A stretch of 40,206 nucleotides of DNA from a virus. Its lineage: Duplodnaviria > Caudoviricetes. Below, piece after piece: positions 27,292-36,577 of this stretch (its first letter is position 1; the number at the start of each line of letters is the position of its first letter). A program made the translations under genes and the position numbers. The notes below the pieces were generated by a model. That model had not been told where the DNA came from. It worked only from the letters and a program-made list of their open reading frames with translations, and did no database searches. Where the stretch lies: positions 1 through 40,206 of IMG/VR virus record IMGVR_UViG_3300037424_000917; one strand, written 5' to 3'.

Positions 27292-29132
27292 TATGCACCT
27301 TTGTCCAGATTCTTGCCCTTACCACGAACGGGAGCTTTGCTGTCCGGGCTCGTAGTGGTGTCGGTGGCTTGTTCTCGCTCGGCTTCACCAGACTTCTGGT
27401 CAATTGCCAATTCAGGGACCCCGCGAGCGGCGGCATTCGCCATCCCGCCGGCCTCGGCGATTTTCACCTGCGACTGTGCCTCCATGATTTGCTTTGCTCG
27501 CAGAACGCGGTCTTCGCGCGCCTTAAGATACTCATCATCATTGAAGCCCATTGCTTCGGACCCCGTCTCGTCGCCGCATAAGCCGGCTTCCACGGCAGCC
27601 CGGATGATCTCTGGGTTCGATGTTGTATACCCGGCCTTGTCAATCTCGGCGAAGATCTTGTCGATCGTGGCGGTGTCTACCTTACCGGCCAACAGAGTTG
27701 TCACGATATTCTTGGACAGCTCTTTCTTTACCGTGTTGCCCGGCACCGTGTACATCAAATCAGAAAGTTCTTTCGCTTCCTTGATACGATCGTCGTCATT
27801 CTTCAAACTGTATCGGTCAGGGTACTTGATCGTCGCTATATTGCGCTGGGCCGGATCTCTGCTCTCGTAAGCCGCAAAATGTTCGGCGACACGCCTCTCC
27901 GCGCCCTCGATAACCATACCGATGTAGGAAAGTCCAGCCTCTAATCCTTGGTCGGACAGTTTCAGGGCCTCGGCCGAGGTGGCACGCTTCCCCATCTTGT
28001 TCTGAACCGCCAGATTCACGATCTTTCGGATATCATCCTCAAGTTTTTCCTGCAACTTGATGGATGCCATCAGGGGCTCGGAACTCGGATGGATGAAGCT
28101 TGGCGCGTCGGCTTTCAAGTCATATGTGCGGCCGTGCGTGATGCCGTTGCGCGCGTCGGAGCCCACACCGCTATTGTCGGTGGTTACGCCCGTACCATCA
28201 TCGTCAACAAATTTCTTCAAGTGGGCACCGACTGCCCGCATATCTTTCTGTTCGATAAAGAACGGGAAGTTTGCTTTCAACACATAGGACACGTCACTGG
28301 AACCAAGATTCAGCAGCGCCACTTGATGCTTATACACATCTTTCAGCAGGCTGCCGCCGATGTTCAGCATTGTGAACGGAATTCGCTCCAATTCGAGAGG
28401 AATAACCCCTTCGTTGTCAAACTTCGGGTTGCCATACAGGTCGATGGGGTTGTTCTTTTCATCAAACAGCTTCATCTTCACTTTGCGGTCGCTGGGATCA
28501 ACCCATAGCAAACGGTAGCGATTGTATCCGCCACTTGGCAGAACTACTCCGTGTGCAAATCCTTGGTTGTAGTCGACCCCTCGGTCACGGAGCAGGATCG
28601 CGGTGAAGTCACCGGGCTCTTCCGGCTTTGCAACTGCCCACGATAGAATGTCTTCCACTCGATAGAAGTAGCAATATGGACGCGCGTTACCTTCGTCAGC
28701 CATCGTGCGGAATCCGCTAAGCACGGGCATGTCGGTATACACCCCGACTCGACCCATAACGAGCAACTCGGTCAGCACGTCAATACCAAGGAAGCTCTGC
28801 ATCGACTGGCCCTTATTGTCGATGCCGCCAATCTCGCCGGCGCAGGCGCGCATATAGTTGGTACTGCCGCCCCTGCGGGTAACATCACGGAGCCGTTGGA
28901 AAATGGAGTTTCGAACGTCCGTCACTGCCGCCTTCGCATAGCTGGGGATGGGCGTGAAGAACTTGCGTGTCTTAAAATCTTCGTCAGTTTCTCTGGTGCT
29001 GAATTTCTTCAAATTCTTGTCGACAAACCGAGAGCCACCGTTGTAGCATTCCCTGTATTCCCACCAGTACATCTCGTCTTCCAGGAAGTCCGGGTGCCGT
29101 ACCGATGTGATGAACGTCTGCTCTGCTGACAT
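27291..29132 (-). CDS. Portal protein
   Basis: 613 aa directly after terL; RHPDF...R.CY.GG...L.K...E...DF..R N-terminus and SAEAL motif. Confidence 0.85.
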   Translation of the reverse strand: MSAEQTFITSVRHPDFLEDEMYWWEYRECYNGGSRFVDKNLKKFSTRETDEDFKTRKFFTPIPSYAKAAVTDVRNSIFQRLRDVTRRGGSTNYMRACAGEIGGIDNKGQSMQSFLGIDVLTELLVMGRVGVYTDMPVLSGFRTMADEGNARPYCYFYRVEDILSWAVAKPEEPGDFTAILLRDRGVDYNQGFAHGVVLPSGGYNRYRLLWVDPSDRKVKMKLFDEKNNPIDLYGNPKFDNEGVIPLELERIPFTMLNIGGSLLKDVYKHQVALLNLGSSDVSYVLKANFPFFIEQKDMRAVGAHLKKFVDDDGTGVTTDNSGVGSDARNGITHGRTYDLKADAPSFIHPSSEPLMASIKLQEKLEDDIRKIVNLAVQNKMGKRATSAEALKLSDQGLEAGLSYIGMVIEGAERRVAEHFAAYESRDPAQRNIATIKYPDRYSLKNDDDRIKEAKELSDLMYTVPGNTVKKELSKNIVTTLLAGKVDTATIDKIFAEIDKAGYTTSNPEIIRAAVEAGLCGDETGSEAMGFNDDEYLKAREDRVLRAKQIMEAQSQVKIAEAGGMANAAARGVPELAIDQKSGEAEREQATDTTTSPDSKAPVRGKGKNLDKGA

Positions 29133-30790
29133 TAGATTACCTTCTCGTCGATGTTGCCGCCGGAAACTACACCCGCCGCCATGGGCAACGCCAGTTCTGC
29201 ATAATTTAGTGCGTGTGCAAAGTGGTCTGGACCAGTGCTAAGGTAAATCGCCTTCGGATTACCCTGCGTGTCTTTCTCATATGTGCGAACAAGGGCCTTG
29301 ATGTGGTCCCTGAATTCCAGCGACAGGTCGGCTGGAAGAGCTATTCTATCGGAGTGGAAACGTCCCATCGAGGCGTCTAACCAGTTCGTCCGGTCCACTG
29401 TGATTACAGGAGCACCGCCATCCTCTTCTGCCAGCGATATTTCCTTACCTGTTACACCTTTTCGGTACCGACACAGGTAAACATATCCGGGAAAACGGCG
29501 AGCAAATCGCCGGGCGTCATTTATCTGCGGGTCGGCGTCGAGCACGCAGGCCTTTACCTGCCACTCCCGCATGAACGGGTCCAAGTTTCCAAAGTCATCC
29601 CCCGGAACTTTTCCTTCCCACAGGAGTTTGCCGAACATGGCGGCATTCAAGTCGCTTCCACCTTGCATCTGGAATTCCATGATGACGATGTGGAGCATTT
29701 TACCTTGGTCGACCCCCATCACGATCATTCGATCCGAGCCGAGGTTGGGCCGCTGTGTTTCCTTAAAATAGTTCCTGATGGCGTTGTCGATTTCGCTCTC
29801 AGTTACTTGCCCACCATCCGGGATGTAAGGCAAGCCTTGCTTGGAGTTGTGAAACTCCACCATGGCGGCTTCGTCACCCAGACCAAGAAAATAGGCTAAG
29901 GCCAATTCCGCCGGCGTGACCGTGTAGCTGTACAACTGATTGATGTAGAAGCTACGATGGTCTTCCTCTACGTTGACTGTTGGAAACCACTTAGCATACT
30001 TCAGGAAGTCGAGCTTTGCTTCATGCTCTAACTTTCCTTGACACTCTTTGCACTTCAGGAACGAGCGCTTAATATCCGGGTCCGTTACTGACTCGCCGCA
30101 AATCTCCAAGCAATCCGGGAAAATGAATTCTGTCTGCTTGCTGCACTTTGGACATTTGAAGTAATAATGCTCCTGCGTCCCTTGCAGAAACATCTTGTGA
30201 ATACCAAACTGTGGGATAGTCGGTGTGCTCAAGCTCAAGATGAGCTTATGCTTCTGCCCTGACAACCGCTCGAAGGCCAACTGAATGGCTCGCTGGTCCA
30301 TTTCGTCCGCTTCGTCCAGCACAAGCACGGACACGGGAATTGACTTTAGGTTGCTGTCGCCCCTTGATCCTCGAATGTACAAGTTCACGCCGCCGGCTTG
30401 CTTCAGCCCAACGGTATTCGTATCGGTGAACAGTTCCTTCAGATAGTCACTGTACATCAGTGCCGTGTTGAAACGGCTCTTGCTGAAGTCACTTGCATTG
30501 AGGGCCGTAGGCAGCACGTACAACACGTCGCGCTTCAGCACGTCCACTGTGAAGAGTGACCGGTTGATCGCTACTTCTGTCAATCCCAACTGGGCCGCTT
30601 TCATTATCGTGTTGCGGCTGGCAGTTGAGTCGTGTGGCTCCCGGCACCAGGGGTGATACTTGAAGCTGTAAGGCCCTTCAAATGGGGCACCCATGATTCT
30701 TCGGTGCTGCACCCACCTACTGCACAAGTTCAGCGTACGCGAAACCAGTCCAGATTGTAGTGTTGCACCGAAGTCATCGAGTAATCCCAT
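29132..30790 (-). CDS. terL: Terminase large subunit (lambda GpA-like)
   Basis: KAAQLGLTE Walker A, LVLDEAD Walker B, LSTPT, CPKC...CKEC zinc motif, GVDQG nuclease Asp, DHFAHA. Confidence 0.92.
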   Translation of the reverse strand: MGLLDDFGATLQSGLVSRTLNLCSRWVQHRRIMGAPFEGPYSFKYHPWCREPHDSTASRNTIMKAAQLGLTEVAINRSLFTVDVLKRDVLYVLPTALNASDFSKSRFNTALMYSDYLKELFTDTNTVGLKQAGGVNLYIRGSRGDSNLKSIPVSVLVLDEADEMDQRAIQLAFERLSGQKHKLILSLSTPTIPQFGIHKMFLQGTQEHYYFKCPKCSKQTEFIFPDCLEICGESVTDPDIKRSFLKCKECQGKLEHEAKLDFLKYAKWFPTVNVEEDHRSFYINQLYSYTVTPAELALAYFLGLGDEAAMVEFHNSKQGLPYIPDGGQVTESEIDNAIRNYFKETQRPNLGSDRMIVMGVDQGKMLHIVIMEFQMQGGSDLNAAMFGKLLWEGKVPGDDFGNLDPFMREWQVKACVLDADPQINDARRFARRFPGYVYLCRYRKGVTGKEISLAEEDGGAPVITVDRTNWLDASMGRFHSDRIALPADLSLEFRDHIKALVRTYEKDTQGNPKAIYLSTGPDHFAHALNYAELALPMAAGVVSGGNIDEKVI

Positions 30791-30797
30791 GCTTGTC

Positions 30798-31256
30798 TCA
30801 CAGTGTGAGTTCCTTGCCCATGTCGGCCGGCGGGTCCAGCTTAGCTACCTTGTCGTCCACAACAACCGGCGTGCGAGGAATAACTACATCCAATGTGGCC
30901 GGGGAGCTTAGCGGCTTATATTCGTTCTTGTCGACCTTACCGCGTTCCTTGGCTTCCTTTGCCTTGCGCTTGCCTTCCTTTTCTTGCTCGGCTTTTAGCT
31001 TGGCCGTTTCCTCTTCGATCTTGAGTTTCTTCAGGTGATCTTCCACCTGATTCATTCCCCACGGAGCCGACCACAGTCGAGACGCGAACACTTGCTTCGC
31101 CGTGCTTCGACCGCACTCGACGGCTTCGATCAGCACTTCAACTGTCCCGTCGGGTACGTCAAGCTCATTGCACTGACCAACGACGCCCACACAGCCGGAT
31201 GGTTTGCAGGTGTAGCGAACGTGAGGATGACGCGAGAACGGGTTTTCAACTTTCAT
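30798..31256 (-). CDS. Hypothetical protein
   Basis: 152 aa, charged C-terminal half, in operon. Confidence 0.55.
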   Translation of the reverse strand: MKVENPFSRHPHVRYTCKPSGCVGVVGQCNELDVPDGTVEVLIEAVECGRSTAKQVFASRLWSAPWGMNQVEDHLKKLKIEEETAKLKAEQEKEGKRKAKEAKERGKVDKNEYKPLSSPATLDVVIPRTPVVVDDKVAKLDPPADMGKELTL

Positions 31257-31557
31257 TGTGCCGGGGCTCCAGGAAAAGTGGGGCGATTGTCAGGATCATT
31301 TTCAGGATGGCTGGCCAGTTGGCCTTAAACCAGTCCCACAGATTGGCGAGCCACGTCTTTGTGTCGGCTCCGACCAGCCCGTCGGTTCGGTTCCACGGGT
31401 TGATTTGCGCCTCGATGCGATCGTTGAACTTTGCCAGCTCAACCGCATCATCGGACAGAACCAAGCATGCGTTGTATTCAACGCGGGACATATTGCCCTT
31501 GGCATACTCGCTCTTGGCTTGGGCCCGTAATTTTCTTCGCAGTTTTGGGAGTTTCAT
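31246..31557 (-). CDS. Small protein with C-terminal amphipathic/membrane helix
   Basis: Likely start MKLPKLRR at 31557 (GAAAGG upstream); ends LWDWFKANWPAILKMILTIAPLFL. Confidence 0.6.
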   Translation of the reverse strand: MKLPKLRRKLRAQAKSEYAKGNMSRVEYNACLVLSDDAVELAKFNDRIEAQINPWNRTDGLVGADTKTWLANLWDWFKANWPAILKMILTIAPLFLEPRHNES

Positions 31558-31567
31558 TTGTGGCCTT

Positions 31568-31849
31568 TCATTGACACTCTGTGTCTTCGTTTGCCCTGTC
31601 CAGGGCTTCATATACATGCAGGATGACAAGCATCCAGGCATTGGAGATTGCTACTACGAGGAAGTATGCCCGCCAATCCCACGCGAGGGAGGGTAATGCG
31701 AGCCAGAATCCCATACAAATCGGGCAGAACAGCAGTTGATACCCGAAGTAGTTCCTGATTGGTGCCGCGATGTTGCTCTCGCTAATTAGGCATCCCACCA
31801 CTCCAACAGCCGCTGAGGTATTGAACAGGGTCACCAGCCAATCAAACAT
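31568..31849 (-). CDS. DUF1360-like small membrane protein
   Basis: I.APIR...LL.CP.C.GFW motif between hydrophobic segments. Confidence 0.6.
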   Translation of the reverse strand: MFDWLVTLFNTSAAVGVVGCLISESNIAAPIRNYFGYQLLFCPICMGFWLALPSLAWDWRAYFLVVAISNAWMLVILHVYEALDRANEDTECQ

Positions 31850-32096
31850 CTTTTCTCGCGCCCACTTTCTCTTGCCACTCAGCCGGTAAGATCCCGTCTT
31901 GATTGCAACGATTGGCTTTTCGGCCCTCTAACACCACGTCTACAGTTGCGCCCTTCACCGTGTAGAAGATGGTGGCAGAGAACTCCAATTCGTCATTGGC
32001 ACCAAACTCGTTGGCATTATAGATTGAGTGCAGTTCATCATCCGCCTTGTAAAACAAAGCGACGATGGGTTTGTTGTCAGTGAACTTGATTTTCAT
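31842..32096 (-). CDS. Hypothetical protein
   Basis: 84 aa, overlapping start/stop with neighbours. Confidence 0.55.
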   Translation of the reverse strand: MKIKFTDNKPIVALFYKADDELHSIYNANEFGANDELEFSATIFYTVKGATVDVVLEGRKANRCNQDGILPAEWQEKVGARKDV

Positions 32097-33229
32097 TGTG
32101 ACACCGCCCAGCCGCGAGATACTAAATTCGCAATTGCTGTGTTAGCTGTGGCGCTTCTGTTGGCGGTCCCGCTGCCAGGGTTTGCTCCCGCGACCAGAGT
32201 TCCATTTGATGTGCCACAAGCCTCGGTATCAATTATGAGTGTGTCAATAGTCTCTTTTGACATCTTGCAGTTGTAGATGTTGACGTAGTTGATTGTGTTG
32301 TACGAAGGGTGAATGGTTAATGTGGTGAGATTTGTGTTGTGGTACACATGCACCATCCGGCATTTTGTCCACTCATTGTACGTGTTCAGTGTTGTCAAGT
32401 TAGCCGAGGATGTCATCACAAACTGGCGCAGTTCTGTCCACTCCGGGTGAGTCTCTACCGCATTCACATTTGCATAAAACAAATTGAATGTCGTCATCTT
32501 TGTCCAGGTGTTGCATGTCGTAATAGTGGTGAGACGTGCATATGCCGTGTCAAGTGTGACAAGGTTCGGCCACGCATGACCTTCAATGGCGTTCATGCTG
32601 TTGCAGGTGTGCAGGTTGAGTGTTACGAGACTCGGCCATTCTTGCGTATCGAGGTTTGGTAAATACTTGTTGCCCGCCAAGTTCAATATGGTCATGTTCG
32701 GCCACGCGTAGGTGTTGAACGTGGCCAAGTTGCAGTTAAACGCGTTGAAGTTATTGAGACTCGCCCAATTATGGGTCGGAATATACGTTAGGAGCGTGTT
32801 CCCGTGTATCTGAATGTTTGTTGTTGACGGCCAGTCGAACAGGGTGACGCTTGTGAGTTTATTGTTGTAAAGCAGAACTGTTTCTAAGTCTGCCCACTTT
32901 TTTGCGTTCTTAAACTTAACCGTGACAAGATTCTGAGTGGATGCGCCCAGTGCTCGCATAACACCGGGAAGTGTACACTTTATGGTTCCGCCGTTTGCGC
33001 TGTTGAATGTGACCGTTTGAAGCCAGCCGGGGGTTGTTGTTTTCTTTACCTCACCGGTATCAGCGTCAATCGTTTTGAGAACAAGAGCGGGTGTGCCCGG
33101 AAGAAAATTTCCACTAAGTGTAACACTGGCCTTGTTTGTCGTGAACACGAAGCCACCATTGTTTCCATCCTGTGAAACAAATCTCCGTCCGCGATCTTGT
33201 ATATCGGCCCTGCGAGGCATTCCACTCAT
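32093..33229 (-). CDS. Leucine-rich-repeat-like protein
   Basis: About 9-10 repeats of 21-23 aa (L..L.T..WP.L..L.L..N); C-terminal AIANLVSRGWAVS cap. Confidence 0.7.
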   Translation of the reverse strand: MSGMPRRADIQDRGRRFVSQDGNNGGFVFTTNKASVTLSGNFLPGTPALVLKTIDADTGEVKKTTTPGWLQTVTFNSANGGTIKCTLPGVMRALGASTQNLVTVKFKNAKKWADLETVLLYNNKLTSVTLFDWPSTTNIQIHGNTLLTYIPTHNWASLNNFNAFNCNLATFNTYAWPNMTILNLAGNKYLPNLDTQEWPSLVTLNLHTCNSMNAIEGHAWPNLVTLDTAYARLTTITTCNTWTKMTTFNLFYANVNAVETHPEWTELRQFVMTSSANLTTLNTYNEWTKCRMVHVYHNTNLTTLTIHPSYNTINYVNIYNCKMSKETIDTLIIDTEACGTSNGTLVAGANPGSGTANRSATANTAIANLVSRGWAVSQ

Positions 33230-33239
33230 TAGGATTTCC

Positions 33240-33551
33240 CTAGATTATAACCCAGTGGATTATGTCGTTTGCCGTCGCATTGTTTGCAAATACCCTTGTC
33301 GGGTCTTCAACAGGCAGAAACACAGCCTCGCCCGCATCCAACGGGAGGCCACACGTAGCGGCCGACACCGTATTACCAACACCAGAGTTGCCAACATATA
33401 CAACCCCGGCGTTGTCGATACCGGCCTTTAATTGAACACCCTTCATCGGCTTGATGCTAGTGTCTGTCACTACTTGCGAGGGTGTGTTAGCCGTCGTCAA
33501 GTTCGTGGTACCGTGTCGAAGGACTTCAGAAACGTCTTTCTCAATGTGCAT
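33240..33551 (-). CDS. Small beta-rich hypothetical (possible virion) protein
   Basis: VQLKA..DN.G.VYVG.S.V...G.PL.AGE motif. Confidence 0.6.
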   Translation of the reverse strand: MHIEKDVSEVLRHGTTNLTTANTPSQVVTDTSIKPMKGVQLKAGIDNAGVVYVGNSGVGNTVSAATCGLPLDAGEAVFLPVEDPTRVFANNATANDIIHWVII

Positions 33552-33585
33552 GTTTCCACCAGTTTGGTTGATAATTGGTTGATGT

Positions 33586-33924
33586 TTAGGGGGCTATTGG
33601 CAACCACTCACCATTTATGTTGACGAGCGCTTTCAACGTAGTCTCGTTGAGGCTCACGCCCTGTAAAATGTTGCCGCCGGTGCCCAGTTGAACGCGCCGA
33701 CCCGTTAGGAGCAATAAGTCGCCGCTCGCGCCGCCGTTTATGTACCGGACGGTCTTCAGTTGATGATTATTGGATTCAAGGCGATGCAGCACCACACTTA
33801 TCTGTATCGTGTTGCCTGCTACAACTATTATCGAGATGTCGCCCAGATTCAATTTTGGTATCCCTATGCGGTCCTCTCCAGCAGACTGAAGCAATCCCTC
33901 TTTCATGATGAGTGGTTGTTTCAT
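33586..33924 (-). CDS. Small beta-rich hypothetical protein
   Basis: Start MKQPLIMKEG at 33924 (ATGA overlap); INGG..GDLL.L motif. Confidence 0.55.
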   Translation of the reverse strand: MKQPLIMKEGLLQSAGEDRIGIPKLNLGDISIIVVAGNTIQISVVLHRLESNNHQLKTVRYINGGASGDLLLLTGRRVQLGTGGNILQGVSLNETTLKALVNINGEWLPIAP

Positions 33925-34385
33925 AGCTTGATAGGCTGAGCTACCTCCAACTCCATTTCTGTATCGGACAGCGCGTGCCCAACTCTCGCCACGAATTCGC
34001 CCGCTGAATCTGGGGCTGTCGTAGTGAGTCGCCCGGCCACTGTAGCGGACAACCAGTAATCTGCACCCTCGGTCAGTCCGCCGGTGTCCCCTGTAACTGC
34101 GTCCCACTCGCCAGTGGTCGCTGGAAGTACACCGTCTGATACGATGTCTACCGGGTTACCATTTGCCGTTGTGACGGACACGAGGCCCGCTACTCTCACG
34201 GTGCTCTGCGAGTCGGCTTGAGCCTTAATTGCGTTGCCGCCGTTGACATACACGGGTGTACCGACGTTCAGCGTACTACCGGTGTTGTTGTTCTTTGTTA
34301 CGCCATTACTAAGGTCAATATGATCGCCGGGTTGTAGACGCTCAATCTGTCCGTTCGTAATTACCAGTGGAACCTTTTTAGACAT
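33921..34385 (-). CDS. Capsid decoration/cement-like protein (DUF2190-like)
   Basis: GTPVYV...KAQAD...AGLV...GLT.GA.YWLS...G.LTTTAP; paralog of 22658-23365. Confidence 0.6.
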   Translation of the reverse strand: MSKKVPLVITNGQIERLQPGDHIDLSNGVTKNNNTGSTLNVGTPVYVNGGNAIKAQADSQSTVRVAGLVSVTTANGNPVDIVSDGVLPATTGEWDAVTGDTGGLTEGADYWLSATVAGRLTTTAPDSAGEFVARVGHALSDTEMELEVAQPIKL

Positions 34386-34911
34386 TGCTCACCCATGTTT
34401 TTAGTGCCATCAAATTGTCCACATACTTGATAAGCTCTTTCGCTTTCCAGTATGTCTTTACTTGTATCTCTTCGCCGCGTCGGTACAGTATGATGGTTGG
34501 TACTGACTTCACGCTCTCTGGCGCTTTTTCTTCGTCAATGTCACGCACCGTGACTTTGAACCCGGCTTTCAGTAAAGCCGGTAGTTCTTTGGCTTGCCAT
34601 CGCTTGCAGGGTCCGCACCAGCTTGCAACCCAGGCTGTGATGGTGTAGTCTGCTTGGGTTTCGGGCTCTGGGGCGGGAGCTGGTGTGGGGGCTGGGACCG
34701 GCGGGAGGTTTTCAGGGCTGTAGGGTCCGATACCCTCGTCAGGTCCATCCAGTCGTTGATTATTTTGTACAACACGTCCAGCTTGGTCAGTGTGAAACCG
34801 CCTACCAAAATGTCCCGGAGCCAGCGCTTCAAGCGAAGCCACAGATTGAGAAGCTGTAACGATGGCAAACGCGACATAGATGAACCCTGCTGTTTGTAGT
34901 TTGTTTTTCAT
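34378..34911 (-). CDS. Secreted/membrane-anchored thioredoxin-fold protein
   Basis: N-terminal hydrophobic signal, Pro-rich linker, ASWCGPCK active site, V.SVPT cis-Pro loop. Confidence 0.8.
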   Translation of the reverse strand: MKNKLQTAGFIYVAFAIVTASQSVASLEALAPGHFGRRFHTDQAGRVVQNNQRLDGPDEGIGPYSPENLPPVPAPTPAPAPEPETQADYTITAWVASWCGPCKRWQAKELPALLKAGFKVTVRDIDEEKAPESVKSVPTIILYRRGEEIQVKTYWKAKELIKYVDNLMALKTWVSNV

Positions 34912-35570
34912 GTTCTGTCTCTGAGATACTTGGCCGCTCTTTCGAGCAGTTCTGGGTCATCTCTCAGTGAACCAATTGCTACATTGCAATGATGACACAA
35001 TAAGCCCCTGACTTTGCCCGTTATGTGATCGTGATCGACGAACAATCTTGATCCATTCACATTGGCTTCGCTACTGCAAATGGCACACTTTCCATGTTGT
35101 GAGGCAAGCAGGTTGTTGAAGTCGGCTGGAGTAAAACCATATTTTGCTAATTGATCTATAGCGCGACGATTGGTACAGCAGGGCTTGCACTCGCCTTTCA
35201 ACCCGTTAACCCCGCTCCGCGAATTGTAAAACTCTGAGTGGGCTTTCCACTGTTTACATTTGCAACAGCGTTGGTGTGTAGTAGTTGTTCTGCTGCACCC
35301 AGGCAGGAGTTCTCCATAATACTTGGGCAACGAGGCAGTTAACTCTTCAATCCTGGTTGTTCTCGGACCTTTATAATTTCCATCTCGTTTTAACTTTTGA
35401 CATTTCTTACAAACGGTATAAAGTCCCGCCGAGTCGCGTCTATTCACTGAGAAGTCACTATGCTGTAGCCAAGTAGCACAGCAGTTGCAACGCCGGTAAG
35501 TATCGGTAGTAACACAGTGAGCGTATTTATTTTTTGGCTGGCCATATTGAGCTATTTCGTCTGGTGTCAT
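34908..35570 (-). CDS. Endonuclease VII-family (putative homing) endonuclease 2
   Basis: Two zinc ribbons; Q.GKCAIC...VDHDH.TGKVRGLLC..CN.AIG...DD. Confidence 0.85.
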   Translation of the reverse strand: MTPDEIAQYGQPKNKYAHCVTTDTYRRCNCCATWLQHSDFSVNRRDSAGLYTVCKKCQKLKRDGNYKGPRTTRIEELTASLPKYYGELLPGCSRTTTTHQRCCKCKQWKAHSEFYNSRSGVNGLKGECKPCCTNRRAIDQLAKYGFTPADFNNLLASQHGKCAICSSEANVNGSRLFVDHDHITGKVRGLLCHHCNVAIGSLRDDPELLERAAKYLRDRT

Positions 35571-35571
35571 G

Positions 35572-36567
35572 CTATCTCAAGATATACGGAGGGATTGATA
35601 ATCTTGGATAACCCACGTAAGCACTGATGGCGAACGAATCGCCCTGTCGCAACATCACGTCAACAGTGTCCGCGTCAATCCAGAATGTCCCGTCGGCTTG
35701 ATCGCCGCGTGTCGGGCCAACAATCCAGTCTGAACCCCATGAGTTGAAGCACAGCGCGCCGGGGCGCTTGAACGCGTCATCATACGCAGCGAACAACATG
35801 GAGTGTCGCCATGGACGCCTCTTTCGTGTAAGGAATCCATCTTTGTCTCTCTTACATTGACCATCACCAAAGCCAATGTTCGAGCACACAATCACCGGGC
35901 TGCCGTTGGCGAGGCAGTCGCGAAGCTCGGCGAAAGAGCGGCAAATGGCCACTTTCTTCACCGGATGAAGCTTTGTGATTGGTTCGAGAGCGTCGGGACA
36001 CCCGGTGCGACCATATTCTACACCTTTTTGGGCATCATAGATGGTAAAATCAAAGCCGCCGGGGTACTTTTGCCTCAACAGCACGCCGTAGCGAACAAGC
36101 CACTCTGCACCCCAGTGCCCTGTCGAGCCTTTTCCTGAGCTGGTTCCGCCGATTTCTACGCGGCTGCCGCCATAGATCGGTTCGGTGGCGCACCACCCCG
36201 CCCATCTCTGCGCCTGCCTCTGGATAACAATCTGAACTGCCGTCAGCACGTCGACGCCACGACCGTAAGCCATGGACACGCAGTCGGCAGGCCCCTGGTC
36301 CAGCGGCACAAGCTTTCGACCGGTCACTCTCTCAAGAGCGAGGTGCAGAGAGACTACTTTTCCCTCTCCAGTGCCCTTAATTTCGCGATCTTGCTGCGAA
36401 ATGAAGGGGTGTTCGTGCCGGCGAATGAAATCTTCGAGACTTTTTGGGTCCGAATACCAGCCAAAACGATCTTCATCGTCGCGAGTCAGGGAAGCCTGGA
36501 CACAAGACGGGAGCAGCAAGCCGCTCGCCGTTGCTACCATTCCTTTTAGCATTGTTCGTCTGTCCAC
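35572..36567 (-). CDS. Papain-like (C1) cysteine protease with twin-arginine signal peptide
   Basis: MDRRTMLKG + hydrophobic stretch; DQG..DCVS (oxyanion Gln, catalytic Cys), HSM (His), NSWG..W (Asn); AGGAG RBS. Confidence 0.8.
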   Translation of the reverse strand: MDRRTMLKGMVATASGLLLPSCVQASLTRDDEDRFGWYSDPKSLEDFIRRHEHPFISQQDREIKGTGEGKVVSLHLALERVTGRKLVPLDQGPADCVSMAYGRGVDVLTAVQIVIQRQAQRWAGWCATEPIYGGSRVEIGGTSSGKGSTGHWGAEWLVRYGVLLRQKYPGGFDFTIYDAQKGVEYGRTGCPDALEPITKLHPVKKVAICRSFAELRDCLANGSPVIVCSNIGFGDGQCKRDKDGFLTRKRRPWRHSMLFAAYDDAFKRPGALCFNSWGSDWIVGPTRGDQADGTFWIDADTVDVMLRQGDSFAISAYVGYPRLSIPPYILR

Positions 36568-36577
36568 GGCGAATCTC

